Positions 47,315 to 57,468 of a stretch of DNA of 64,000 bases are shown in pieces. The number at the start of each line of letters is the position of its first letter. Within the stretch, counting starts at the first letter, position 1. Position numbers and translations under genes: made by a program. Below the pieces are notes generated by a model, which saw only the letters and a program-made list of their open reading frames with translations, was not told where the DNA came from and searched no databases. The stretch comes from a virus (Duplodnaviria > Caudoviricetes). The stretch lies in the IMG/VR virus record IMGVR_UViG_3300032132_000748; one strand, 5' to 3'.

Positions 47315-47811
47315 TGTCCCTACCAGTAATTGCGCTTGATTTAGCCACTAAAACTGGCTGGGCATTAAAAGATAGGGACGGGCGACTAGCCTCGGGGGTT
47401 CAAGCTTTCGAACTCAAACGAGGGGAGAGTCGTGGAATGCGTTTTCTTAGGTTTAGAAAATGGCTCAACGAAATGCTTGAGCTATGTCGAATGGGAAAAA
47501 AACACTCCGCTACAGAGCCCGGAATTATTATATTCGAACAAGCCCATCACAGAGGCGGGCACGCAACAGAATTAGCTGTTGGTTTAGTAACTGATGTTTT
47601 GGCTGAAGCAGCCCGGCACGGCTTAGAACATATGCCTGTCCATACCGGCGCTTTGAAAAAATGGGCAACAGGTAAGGGCAACTCCGGTAAGCCCTTGATG
47701 ATAGCCAGAGCTAAGGAACTTTTCCCTAAAGTAGAGATTATCGATGACAACCACGCCGATGCACTCTTACTCTTATCCTACGGAGCAGAAGAAGTAGGAA
47801 TTACTGTTTAG
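47314..47811 (+). CDS. RuvC-like Holliday junction resolvase
   Basis: ALDLATKTGWA, IIFEQ, LKKWATGKGNSGK, DDNHADA. Confidence 0.88.
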   Translation: MSLPVIALDLATKTGWALKDRDGRLASGVQAFELKRGESRGMRFLRFRKWLNEMLELCRMGKKHSATEPGIIIFEQAHHRGGHATELAVGLVTDVLAEAARHGLEHMPVHTGALKKWATGKGNSGKPLMIARAKELFPKVEIIDDNHADALLLLSYGAEEVGITV

Positions 47812-47857
47812 TCGTTGAACTTACTCGTATATTAGCTAACCTATGTGTAGGTGATAT

Positions 47858-48283
47858 ATGAGCGAATTTGATAGTTCCAAATCTTCAGACGATTTAAGCG
47901 GAGAAAAGATGCAAACTCTTATGGATAAGAGTTTTGTAACAGTAACTAAAACCAAGATGTATGAGTCGGATGATGAGATGCGACTTAAGGATCCCGGTGA
48001 AGAGTTCGCCATTAAGCCTTGGGGACCTCCAGGTAAAGTCTTGTGCTGGTCATACAGATTTGCATTTAACAACCAAGCACGTAAACGTAGATTTTTCTCT
48101 ACTGTTCTTACTGCTCCCGATCAAGAGTGGGATAATTACGTTAAATGGCAAGATGATATTAGTAATTATCAAGGACAGATTACTGTTGAAGCCCAAGTTA
48201 GAGTCCCGCCAGGTGAGGCCGGAAAGTTCAGATATCAATTCGAACAATTCTATACTAGAATAGTTGTAAAGGAAGATAACTAA
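47858..48283 (+). CDS. Hypothetical protein
   Basis: 141-aa ORF with AGGTG Shine-Dalgarno site. Confidence 0.6.
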   Translation: MSEFDSSKSSDDLSGEKMQTLMDKSFVTVTKTKMYESDDEMRLKDPGEEFAIKPWGPPGKVLCWSYRFAFNNQARKRRFFSTVLTAPDQEWDNYVKWQDDISNYQGQITVEAQVRVPPGEAGKFRYQFEQFYTRIVVKEDN

Positions 48284-48612
48284 TGGCTAATAAAACAGTT
48301 AAATGTATAATTAGTAAGGATCTCGTTCCAAGTCAACCGGATTTGTTAACATCGGAATGCCTGAGAGTTGAAACCCCAGATAAGATTGTTCTTACTCCCG
48401 GCTCAATGACTAAGATAAATCTTACGGTGTATAATAGTTCTACCAACGGTCGTATAGCACACATTAAAGCATCCTATGATAGTCGGGTAGTAAATGTCCA
48501 TATACCAGATCCATCTTTTTATGTTTCCCCTGACGGACAAACAACAACTTATGCATTGATCATGCCCCAATCACCCTCGGGGGACGCAGTCATCACTTTC
48601 GACGCAACTTAA
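48283..48612 (+). CDS. Hypothetical protein (beta-rich, possibly Ig-like)
   Basis: TAATG coupling; alternating beta pattern INLTVYN. Confidence 0.55.
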   Translation: MANKTVKCIISKDLVPSQPDLLTSECLRVETPDKIVLTPGSMTKINLTVYNSSTNGRIAHIKASYDSRVVNVHIPDPSFYVSPDGQTTTYALIMPQSPSGDAVITFDAT

Positions 48613-48708
48613 TTAACACTAATTTAAAGGTATTTATTCTTAATTTACCTTTATTTTTTTCTAATTATTGATTCTTCTTTTATTGGTTCTTACAATAGCA
48701 GTAGAGTA

Positions 48709-49110
48709 ATGATGACATTGAAGGAAACCTTGGATCGCATAACAGAGATACTACGTTGCATTCAATATGCAAACCAATCTAAAGAAGAATTAGTAGGGTT
48801 GCTTCAGAATCTAATATACCTGGTTGGACAAGTTTTGGTTCAACGAGATACAGCAGCCGAAGAGCTACAAAGATATAACAGCCAACTATGGATATCCCAT
48901 ATAGTCGGAGAGATTGAGTGTCCTGAATGCACTACCCGAGGTGATGACGGCAAACTACCAATTGATTTTTTCGTAGGATCTAAGGGCGCTATGGGCCAAC
49001 CAATTACCGCAGCTACTCAAGACGAGCTAATAGAACTTTTAGAATTTCCGCCTATTACAAAAGACGATCTGAAAACAAGCCCAATCCCAGATTGCATGCC
49101 AGACCTTTAG
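48709..49110 (+). CDS. Hypothetical protein
   Basis: 133-aa ORF; CPEC. Confidence 0.6.
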   Translation: MMTLKETLDRITEILRCIQYANQSKEELVGLLQNLIYLVGQVLVQRDTAAEELQRYNSQLWISHIVGEIECPECTTRGDDGKLPIDFFVGSKGAMGQPITAATQDELIELLEFPPITKDDLKTSPIPDCMPDL

Positions 49111-49155
49111 CTTTTTATGGGGTGCTTACCTTTACAGATTGGGTATAATTGATGC

Positions 49156-49740
49156 ATGGAAGAATCAGATTTCATTACTAGACATCACATAGATTCTCTG
49201 ACGCCTTGCAATGATCCTAGCACTTTCGAGCTGCTTAATCGTTATAGACACCCTCCAGTCGAGCCAAGACCGCGTCAGGGGCCTCCACAGCAGTTTGCTG
49301 GTAGCTTCCCTGTAGCAGTGCAAGGAAACTCCAACGAAGTCATGTTGGGGCATATGATTGGTCAGCTTCAAGGAACCTTACAAAATCAAAACCAGAGTCA
49401 GAAGTCTAATTTTGACGGGTTTTCGATGAATGTTAATTCTGATATTTTTAAATGGGTTATTCTTTTCATATTTTTAGCCCTACTAGTTTGGGTTGTTTTT
49501 AAGATTCAAAAGAACAACAACCCAGAAGATAAGCGGCTGAAAAGAATAGAGAGACAACTAAGAAAGCTACGACGTTTTAGTAGAAAAAAGAAAAATCCCC
49601 AACCAATTCAGGAAGAGGATGATTTATTAGCTTTCGATGATCCGTTTGATGATTTTGATGACTATGATGATTCAGACCCAGACTCAGCGCCAGACACCTT
49701 CGACGAAGACGTTGAAGAGTTAGATTTACTAGAAGACTGA
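49156..49740 (+). CDS. Membrane protein with basic and acidic tail
   Basis: Transmembrane segment WVILFIFLALLVWVVF; TATAAT-N6-ATG start. Confidence 0.7.
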   Translation: MEESDFITRHHIDSLTPCNDPSTFELLNRYRHPPVEPRPRQGPPQQFAGSFPVAVQGNSNEVMLGHMIGQLQGTLQNQNQSQKSNFDGFSMNVNSDIFKWVILFIFLALLVWVVFKIQKNNNPEDKRLKRIERQLRKLRRFSRKKKNPQPIQEEDDLLAFDDPFDDFDDYDDSDPDSAPDTFDEDVEELDLLED

Positions 49741-50591
49741 TCAATTTCATCTAGGTTTCTAGATAAACGCATAATAGAGAGAAGATCCTTGAAAAAACTA
49801 AATAGTTTTTTCCCTCTCTGGTGATATTTATCCATATGTTTCTTTTTTGGTAATGATCGGTAGCGAGATTTCCCTTCCTTTTTTATTGGGTGAGGTTTTA
49901 TTCCCTGCTTAAATTGTTTTAAGATCTCTACGAGCTTATTTATGCCATGATTAGCAGATTTGAGAGACAAACTAAGCTTAGTATCCTCACTATTTATAGG
50001 ATAAGTCGTTTCAGCAAGAAGCTCTCCCGCGTCTATTTCCTCATTTATATAGTGAATACTTACCCCAGCTTGTTTCTCTCCTTTGTAGAGTTTCCAAAAT
50101 CCAGGCCAAACTCCACGATATCCTGGTAGTATACCTGGATGCATATTTATGGTCGCTATTGAGGCCACTTGAATAGCTTCTGTTTTGAGTATTTGATCAA
50201 AGTATAGAGAAACAACCAGATCCGGCTTTAAGGCTTTAAGTGCTTCAAGACCTTTTCCTTCATTCAGATTTTCTGTATAAATAGTTTTTACGTCATATCG
50301 ATAGGCCAACTCATCCAAGGTTAACCATTGCCGTTTTCTCCACCAATAGAGAAATCCAGAAAAAAACAAACCTATCAAGTGTAGGTAAGAGATGAGCGCT
50401 ATCAGAACTCCATAAAATAGTCCAGATCTCTTCACTCCGTAAATTACATATTTCCAAAAGCTTTTAGTAAGAGGAGAGATGTCGCTTATTACTAAACCAG
50501 CGATGTCCAGCTCTCCTTTACTCCTGAACAGCTTGTTCAAGGCAAACTCCGCAGCCGGATGAAGCTTGGATGTCAAAATAACTATTTTCAT
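49662..50591 (-). CDS. Formyltransferase (Formyl_trans_N family)
   Basis: PDLVVS, INMHPGILPGYRG, GVSIHYINEEIDAG. Confidence 0.85.
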   Translation of the reverse strand: MKIVILTSKLHPAAEFALNKLFRSKGELDIAGLVISDISPLTKSFWKYVIYGVKRSGLFYGVLIALISYLHLIGLFFSGFLYWWRKRQWLTLDELAYRYDVKTIYTENLNEGKGLEALKALKPDLVVSLYFDQILKTEAIQVASIATINMHPGILPGYRGVWPGFWKLYKGEKQAGVSIHYINEEIDAGELLAETTYPINSEDTKLSLSLKSANHGINKLVEILKQFKQGIKPHPIKKEGKSRYRSLPKKKHMDKYHQRGKKLFSFFKDLLSIMRLSRNLDEIDQSSSKSNSSTSSSKVSGAESGSESS

Positions 50592-50638
50592 TTTTGTTCC
50601 ATACTTTAGTGACCCTGTATCTATGGTACAATCCGTCC

Positions 50639-53600
50639 ATGTTAAGTCTAGCTTTGATCGTTAAAAATGAAGAGAAAAACCTGGCACGGTGTTTAGATTC
50701 TGTAGCCGGGCTTTGGGATGAATTAGTTATTGTTGATACCGGATCTACGGATCGAACGGTAGAAATAGCAAAGGAGTATACGGATAACATCCACCATTTT
50801 AAGTGGGTGGATCATTTCGCTAAAGCTAGAAATTTTTGTTTTAGCAAATGCACTCAACCTTGGGTTATGTGGATTGATGCGGATGATATTTTAAAGCCAG
50901 AAGATGTTAAGAACATTAGAGAACAATTTCAGGAAATCATAGCCACTAAACCTCACGTAGATTACATTTTAATTAACTATCATTATTGGGTAGACCCACC
51001 AAGTGCATCAGGGACCCCAAGAGCAACACAACTTCGAGAGCGAATAATCAGAAAAGAAAAGGCTATTTGGACGGGCCGATGCCATGAGCATATTATGATT
51101 GATTGGTTGAGGAGCGAACCGATTAAAGATGCATACGTTTGGCACTTACGCGATGCTCATGATGTTCAGATGGATCAAAACAGAAATATCAAGTTAATGA
51201 AATTAGGAATTAAAGAAGATCCATCAGCCAGAAACCATTTTTACTTGGGAGACGAATTTACAGGAGCAGGACAACGAGAAGAGGCTATAAAAGTCTACAA
51301 AAAAGCTTATGAACTAGCGACAAATCCCGATCTTCTTTTTCAGGCTGCTTGGAAGATAGGTAAAAGTTATCGAGACAAGGGAAATGTAGCGGCAGACGCA
51401 GTAAAAGATTCAAAGAAGTCTGAAACTTTTCGAAAAAATAAAAACTTCGATAAAGCACTGTACTGGTTTAAGAAATCCTTAGAACACCATATTGCCTATC
51501 GTGAACCACTGCTTGCTATGGCTGGTGTTTACTCTGGAAGAGAGGACTACTCAAAAGCTGCGTTTTGGCTTGAAGCGGCCTTGCAGATAGACAAGCCGGA
51601 AAATCCCGCTATGTGTATTTTAGATAGTAGATATACCTTCGAACCCTATAATGCACTAGCAAAAGCATACTTTAAGATGAAAGAGTATGACAAGGCTGTT
51701 GAAGCCACGATGAAATTATACGAATATACTAAACAGCCCCATCTTTTAGGAGATATTAGCTTAATAAAATCAACAAAAAGAAAAACCTATAAAAGACCTA
51801 CGAAAACTACTAGATTGAATTTAGGTAGTGGACCAAAAACTATAGAGGGTTTCATAAATTGCGATCTATTCCCGGCCCCTGGTGTTGATGAAATATTCAG
51901 CATGGATGATATCCCGTATGCAAATTGCAGTGTCGATGAGATATCCAGTGAGCACGCTCTCGAACACTTACCTAGATTAGACGGAGAAAGAGCCCTCCGA
52001 GAAATGGCAAGGGTTCTTAAAAAGGGCGGGAAACTTACCATCAAAGTTCCTGATCTAGAGGAGTGCTGCCGTAAGTTCCTAGAACGACCTCACTTGCAGG
52101 ATAGTTGGTATATGCACACACTCTATGGAGTGCAGGATTTTAGAGATGATCCTCATAATGTTTTCCCTGAAAAGATTAACTACGGACAAATACACTATAC
52201 AGGGTTCACTGAACAAAGATTTCGGAAGCTCCTTACGGAGAATGGCTTTATTGTAGATAGGATGTGGAAATATGACGGATTCGATACCCCAAGCTTAGGC
52301 GTAGAGGCCCATATACCCAATATTCCAGAAGCAGAACAGAAGAAAATTGCCTTTATCAACAATACGTTAATGCCAAGATATCTAAGCTATGGGGATTATT
52401 GGGTTGATGCCTTCAAAGCGTCAGGACACTCTGTAACAGAATTTAAATACGAAGAAATATCTACATTATCAGATGAGTATGATATGTATTTCTTTATAGA
52501 AGCAGATTATCGATATGACCCAGAATCAATTCCGTTACATGCCCATCCAAGAGTGCTCTATACTCAGGAGAACCCCCCTCAAAAACAACTTAGTCACTTT
52601 GATCTGATAGCTACCCCCTTCATGGATAAGTCAGAGAGTTATGGCAAAGCAGGGCACTCTACGGTAGTGTTATCAAATGATAATCATTTACAGCAAGTAA
52701 ACACTCTATTAGAGTTAAATATTGAAAGCCTTAATAGAAAACAACCGGAGATAGTTGCTAAAACTGACACAGTAGACGTTATAATACCAAGCTATAAAAG
52801 TTGCAAATATCTGAAACTGGCTGTTGAATCAGTTAGGAGAAATAGTAAAAACTATAACTTAATAGTAGTTAATAGCGGCGATGACTCAGAGACACGAGAG
52901 TGGCTACAAAAACAAGATGATATTCATTTAATAGATTCAATTGAAAGAATGAGTTTTAGCCAAGCAGTTAATAAGGGGATAAGAAGAAGTTCCAATGACG
53001 TAGTAATACTAAATAATGATACTATTGTTGGTAAAGATTGGCTAAAGAATTTGAGAACAAGCCCTTTTGATATAACTAATCCTTATAGCAACTGTGACGT
53101 TGGCTGGATCCATAACAGAATTCTCAATGTTGACGGAGTGGACTTAAAGCCCGATATGACTGTCGATGATGTCAATGTGGAAGCTTTGTATGAAACAGGT
53201 AGCCCTCATGTTGATACTCGTAATAGAGATTGGGTTGCTTTTTACGCTACTTATATAAAAAGAGAAGTAATAAACGCTACTGGATTACTTGATGAGAAAT
53301 TTATAAATGGAGGCGAAGATTTTGATTATTGCCGCCGAGCAAATTTATACGGTTTTACTTGTGGCCATGTATTCTCTAGTTGGGTCTTCCATTTTGGCGG
53401 GAAAACAAGAAAAGTAAGTGAAAATGATAATTATGTTCAACACCATGAAGAAGATAAGTTAAATCAAAAATATATGCACCACAAAGCCAAGGAGACTGTA
53501 GTTATTTATACAGGTCCAGCTTGGGAATCATGGACTGTTGAGAATATCAATACTACAGGTATTGGAGGGTCTGAGACTTGTGCTGCTCTGTTGGCCAAAC

Positions 53601-54556
53601 AATTTGTAGAAAAGGGGTATAGATGTGTTCTTATAGGTGATTGCAAAGATTCTGAAGGAACTTACGACGGAGTAGAGTATTTACACCACACTAAATTCGA
53701 GGAATTTAAGTGGGAGAATTACGTAAACTACTTTATCAGCAGTAGAAAAGTAGGACCCCTATCGCATCAGATAGAAAATGGGAAAAATTATGTGTGGTCC
53801 CACGATATTTTTATTCCTGAGTGTCGAGGACAATATCCTCCAAACGCAGAAAAAATAACTAAGTTTGTGTGTCTATCTCCTTGGCATGTCGATTTCTTTA
53901 GTCAACACCACAGAGTTGATAAATCAGATATCTACATTCAAGGCAACGGGCTGGATATTTCTCGCTATGAAACCGCAGACCAGGTAGAGAAAGATCCCTA
54001 CAGATTAATCTATAGTTCCAGCCCAGATAGAGGGCTTATCCACCTATTGAGAATGGTCCCTAGATGGCGAGAAGAGTTCCCAGAACTTACCCTCCATGTG
54101 TTTTATGGTTTTGATAACTGGAAAAAAGCAGTTAAGCATAGAAATAACCCGTCAGAGATGGCTCACATGGAAGAGGTGGAAAGAGGTCTTAAGCAGCCCG
54201 GCGTTCACTATCATGGGCGCATCTCTCAAAAACAGCTTGCCGATGAACAAATGAAGTCTTCTCTCTGGGTTTACCCCACAGAGTTTACTGAAACATATTG
54301 TATTACAGCTAACGAAGCTATGCTTAGCGGCTGCGTACCTGTATGCACCACCCTAGCCGCTCTAGAAACTACTGTGCCGGATGATTGTGGGGTTAAGGTC
54401 AGCAGCCCCGAAGAATGTTTTGAGGCCACTGCAGACCTCCTAAGGCATCCTGATAAGCTTGAAGCTTACAGGAAGCGCGGAAGAGAGCATGTAATGAAAA
54501 ACTGTAATTGGGATTCGACAGTTGAAAATTGGATCAAGATGTTTAAAAATACATGA
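50639..54556 (+). CDS. Multidomain glycosyltransferase: GT2, TPR, SAM methyltransferase, GT2, GT-B
   Basis: IVKNEEKNLARCLDSV/DTGSTD/DADD; TPR helices; LNLGSG, HALEHL, LKKGG; VIIPSY, LNNDT, EDFDYC; YSSSPDRGL, ETYCITANEAM. Confidence 0.9.
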   Translation: MLSLALIVKNEEKNLARCLDSVAGLWDELVIVDTGSTDRTVEIAKEYTDNIHHFKWVDHFAKARNFCFSKCTQPWVMWIDADDILKPEDVKNIREQFQEIIATKPHVDYILINYHYWVDPPSASGTPRATQLRERIIRKEKAIWTGRCHEHIMIDWLRSEPIKDAYVWHLRDAHDVQMDQNRNIKLMKLGIKEDPSARNHFYLGDEFTGAGQREEAIKVYKKAYELATNPDLLFQAAWKIGKSYRDKGNVAADAVKDSKKSETFRKNKNFDKALYWFKKSLEHHIAYREPLLAMAGVYSGREDYSKAAFWLEAALQIDKPENPAMCILDSRYTFEPYNALAKAYFKMKEYDKAVEATMKLYEYTKQPHLLGDISLIKSTKRKTYKRPTKTTRLNLGSGPKTIEGFINCDLFPAPGVDEIFSMDDIPYANCSVDEISSEHALEHLPRLDGERALREMARVLKKGGKLTIKVPDLEECCRKFLERPHLQDSWYMHTLYGVQDFRDDPHNVFPEKINYGQIHYTGFTEQRFRKLLTENGFIVDRMWKYDGFDTPSLGVEAHIPNIPEAEQKKIAFINNTLMPRYLSYGDYWVDAFKASGHSVTEFKYEEISTLSDEYDMYFFIEADYRYDPESIPLHAHPRVLYTQENPPQKQLSHFDLIATPFMDKSESYGKAGHSTVVLSNDNHLQQVNTLLELNIESLNRKQPEIVAKTDTVDVIIPSYKSCKYLKLAVESVRRNSKNYNLIVVNSGDDSETREWLQKQDDIHLIDSIERMSFSQAVNKGIRRSSNDVVILNNDTIVGKDWLKNLRTSPFDITNPYSNCDVGWIHNRILNVDGVDLKPDMTVDDVNVEALYETGSPHVDTRNRDWVAFYATYIKREVINATGLLDEKFINGGEDFDYCRRANLYGFTCGHVFSSWVFHFGGKTRKVSENDNYVQHHEEDKLNQKYMHHKAKETVVIYTGPAWESWTVENINTTGIGGSETCAALLAKQFVEKGYRCVLIGDCKDSEGTYDGVEYLHHTKFEEFKWENYVNYFISSRKVGPLSHQIENGKNYVWSHDIFIPECRGQYPPNAEKITKFVCLSPWHVDFFSQHHRVDKSDIYIQGNGLDISRYETADQVEKDPYRLIYSSSPDRGLIHLLRMVPRWREEFPELTLHVFYGFDNWKKAVKHRNNPSEMAHMEEVERGLKQPGVHYHGRISQKQLADEQMKSSLWVYPTEFTETYCITANEAMLSGCVPVCTTLAALETTVPDDCGVKVSSPEECFEATADLLRHPDKLEAYRKRGREHVMKNCNWDSTVENWIKMFKNT

Positions 54557-54577
54557 TATAATACGGAAGGAGATATT

Positions 54578-55096
54578 ATGCGACCACAATCATCCGCCTT
54601 TAGGCCCCAAACATACAAAGACTGGCTAAATGAAGTTAATTTTTCATCTAAACCCCAGGAGATGGTTCAGGCTGGGCTAATGGCTGGAAAACTTGCCCCA
54701 AATAAACAGACTGCTCAACACGATCTAGCACTAGTTCTTGCAGAGAAATATCGGCAAGAAGTTCAACGTGCTCGCGGAAACTCCATGGTTGTTAAAAGCA
54801 TCAAGGCTAAATTCGATGAAGTAGCTAGAGATTTATTCAAAAGCAAGTTTTCCTCAATGCTAAACTACGTTATGCAGAATGAACCAAGCTTTGACCCACA
54901 AGCTTCGAGAGCCGCTAAAGGGGTGGCCTTAGGTTTTATAGGAGCAAAAACTACTCGTGATTCTGACGGACGTGTAAGAAATCCTCTAGGTTTCATAAAG
55001 AAGCCTTCAGGCAAAGGAGCAGGAGGAAAAGCTGCTCCGGGACTAGGATTTCTTGAGGAAGATAATTCCACAAATGGTTCGTTAGGTTTCTTATAA
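54578..55096 (+). CDS. Hypothetical protein
   Basis: AGGAG Shine-Dalgarno site; repeated LGF(I/L) motifs near the C-terminus. Confidence 0.65.
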   Translation: MRPQSSAFRPQTYKDWLNEVNFSSKPQEMVQAGLMAGKLAPNKQTAQHDLALVLAEKYRQEVQRARGNSMVVKSIKAKFDEVARDLFKSKFSSMLNYVMQNEPSFDPQASRAAKGVALGFIGAKTTRDSDGRVRNPLGFIKKPSGKGAGGKAAPGLGFLEEDNSTNGSLGFL

Positions 55097-55103
55097 TACA
55101 TAT

Positions 55104-55493
55104 ATGTATTGTAAGCCGATACCCATTACTGAATGGAAAACCATTAAACGAGGACCTTACAGGGTAATTGTTGCCAAAACTCCCTGCGAGAAGCAGCAAG
55201 GATTGCAGGGCGCAAAGAAATTACCACGTAAGACCATATTGTTTTTTATGGGTATTCGACCCAATATATTCTTTCACACCAGAAATTGCCAGTTTCCGAT
55301 AGATATTATCCCACTCACTAGTGGAGGTAGGGTGCTTTCTATCTGGGGAGCCTACCCTGGGGCAAATTTCATTGGCCCCACCCCTCCAGGAACATTTAAT
55401 GTTGTTGAGGCACCACTTGGTTGGGCTGAGAAAAACAAAATAAAGGTAGGAGACGTTCTATCTATGTTCGCGGTTGGGTATTGCTTTAAGTAG
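55104..55493 (+). CDS. DUF192 family protein
   Basis: VAKTP..KQQGL, FHTRNCQFPIDII, VVEAPLGWAEKNKIKVGD. Confidence 0.75.
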   Translation: MYCKPIPITEWKTIKRGPYRVIVAKTPCEKQQGLQGAKKLPRKTILFFMGIRPNIFFHTRNCQFPIDIIPLTSGGRVLSIWGAYPGANFIGPTPPGTFNVVEAPLGWAEKNKIKVGDVLSMFAVGYCFK

Positions 55494-55514
55494 TTCCGGT
55501 GCTATTATTTATGC

Positions 55515-56336
55515 ATGAGCCTAACTTATCCTTCTAAGACACACCCCTCGGATAATTTTGATCTTATTGATTACAGATATGTGCTAGGGAGGGATAATTA
55601 CACCTGCCGTTCCTGCGTATCTGAAATTCAGAATTCGAATTATTGTTTCCTTAAGGTTGATCCGAATGCAGAGGCTGACGCCTCAAATATCGGATTAGTG
55701 TGTAATGCTTGTTATGAAAATTATTTGCGTCCGCTAGCACATCCCTCAGATTTTAATGGACACCTAATTGCCATTACGGGACCTATGTATGCCGAAAAAA
55801 CAACTACTAGCGAATCTTATTACTGTAATTATGGTATTAAATATAAAAAACAAGCCTGGATAAAGCCTGATAGAGACGATCGATCAAAAGATAGTATTAC
55901 ACACAGTGGAAGAGTAATACCTTCACAAATAATAAGCGCAGACAGACCCGATCAGCATGTTGATCATCTTAAAGATTACGAGGTTATTGTCATCGATGAA
56001 ACTCAGTTCTTTAGCGAAAGGATTATATATTTAATACATCAGTTGCTTAGGAACGGCTGTTTAGTTATCATAAACGGATTAAAATTAACCGCAAAGAGAG
56101 ACTTTTTTGGTGTTATGCATTATTTATTGGCCGAAGCTGATGAAATAGTAAGCTTGCGGGCGGTATGTAATATTTGTATGCGAATTAATTGTGCCACACG
56201 AACAAAAAGTTTTGAAATTAACCCCCCTACGGTAAATACCGGAGGGGTGGACAAGTACTATGCCGTATGTCCGGCATGTGACGGAGGGGATGATGAAAAA
56301 CAATTCATTAAACAAGCGATTCAAACCAGAGGATAA
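55515..56336 (+). CDS. tdk: Thymidine kinase with N-terminal HNH-like zinc domain
   Basis: ITGPMYAEKTT, IVIDETQFF, LAEADEI, CNIC, GGVDKYYAVCPAC; N-terminal VLGRDNYTCRSC...NIGLVCNAC. Confidence 0.85.
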   Translation: MSLTYPSKTHPSDNFDLIDYRYVLGRDNYTCRSCVSEIQNSNYCFLKVDPNAEADASNIGLVCNACYENYLRPLAHPSDFNGHLIAITGPMYAEKTTTSESYYCNYGIKYKKQAWIKPDRDDRSKDSITHSGRVIPSQIISADRPDQHVDHLKDYEVIVIDETQFFSERIIYLIHQLLRNGCLVIINGLKLTAKRDFFGVMHYLLAEADEIVSLRAVCNICMRINCATRTKSFEINPPTVNTGGVDKYYAVCPACDGGDDEKQFIKQAIQTRG

Positions 56337-56510
56337 CTACAACTGGGACTCTAAGAAATACTTAGAGGACTGTATTCAGTTATGCAAAGAGACTCTAGAA
56401 TTCGATTTAGTTAGGACACACGGCAAGACCCCGAATAATTTTCTGTACAAGTTGAATCAGCTAGCTGATAAGTAGATCTTATGATATAATTTCGTTTAGA
56501 GACATATCAT

Positions 56511-57467
56511 ATGGTTGACACTAAAAAATTAAAAGAAGTCTCGGCAACTTTCTCAGCAACTGCCGCGTCACCAGGCTCATTCCCTGCAGCCGTAGCCGAT
56601 GGTGCTCCACAGGTCCTTACTGTATCTTCGGTAGGTGTTCAGTGGGTTTCTTTTGCATCAGAGGACGGTAGTGTTACGCTATCCGTGGTTGCAGATCAAG
56701 ATCCCGCACCAGCTACACCTACCGGGTTATTCGTAGAGGGTATTTATCGGGCTACGTTACCTACATACACAGACGGCGACGCCGCAGTAATGCATTTCGA
56801 TAGTCGCGGAAGACTATTAGTTTCTCCTGGAGAAACGGGATTATCTGCCGATGTCGATATAGATCAAGCAGCCGGTCCTGCAACTCCAACAGGTATTTAC
56901 CAGATTGGTAAAAGAGAAGCGACGCTACCTGCTTACGCTGATGGAGAAAACTCAGTATTTCACTTCGATTCTCGCGGTAGACTGATTGTTACAGCCGTTG
57001 ATCTCACTTCTGGATCCGAAGTAAGTATATCAACCGAAGATTCCGCTGGACCCACCAATCCTGTTGGAAACTTTCCTCTCGGATTATTTAGAACGGCATT
57101 ACCTACATATACTGATGGTGACGCCGCTAATATGCATTTCAGTGCTGCAGGTCGTCTATTAACCTCAGATTCCGGTGTAACATCAGGAACAGGAACAACA
57201 TCAACAGTAGCAGGAGCGGCTGCAAGCACTTCCTTGCTAGCTTCAAATGCAGCAAGATTAGGAGCTACTTTCTTTAACGACCAGCCGACGGATGGCACAG
57301 GAGAGATACTCTTTCTTTTGTTAGACGCTGCTGTAGCCTCAACAACAAACTACACTGTTCAGATGGCTCCAAACACTTATTATGAAGTCCCTTTTGGTTA
57401 TACCGGAGAGATTCGTGGTATTTGGGGTGCTGCTATAGGCGATGTAAGAGTAACGGAGCTAACATAA
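56511..57467 (+). CDS. Probable virion protein with three tandem repeats
   Basis: Three copies of PATPTG...R.TLPTY.DG....HF.S.GRL; C-terminal YYEVPFGYTGEIRGIW. Confidence 0.7.
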   Translation: MVDTKKLKEVSATFSATAASPGSFPAAVADGAPQVLTVSSVGVQWVSFASEDGSVTLSVVADQDPAPATPTGLFVEGIYRATLPTYTDGDAAVMHFDSRGRLLVSPGETGLSADVDIDQAAGPATPTGIYQIGKREATLPAYADGENSVFHFDSRGRLIVTAVDLTSGSEVSISTEDSAGPTNPVGNFPLGLFRTALPTYTDGDAANMHFSAAGRLLTSDSGVTSGTGTTSTVAGAAASTSLLASNAARLGATFFNDQPTDGTGEILFLLLDAAVASTTNYTVQMAPNTYYEVPFGYTGEIRGIWGAAIGDVRVTELT

Positions 57468-57468
57468 T

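Noticed and set aside
49662-50591. Methionyl-tRNA formyltransferase (fmt)
   Set aside because: It lacks a recognisable Fmt C-terminal domain and sits beside a glycosyltransferase, so a sugar or other formyltransferase is more likely.
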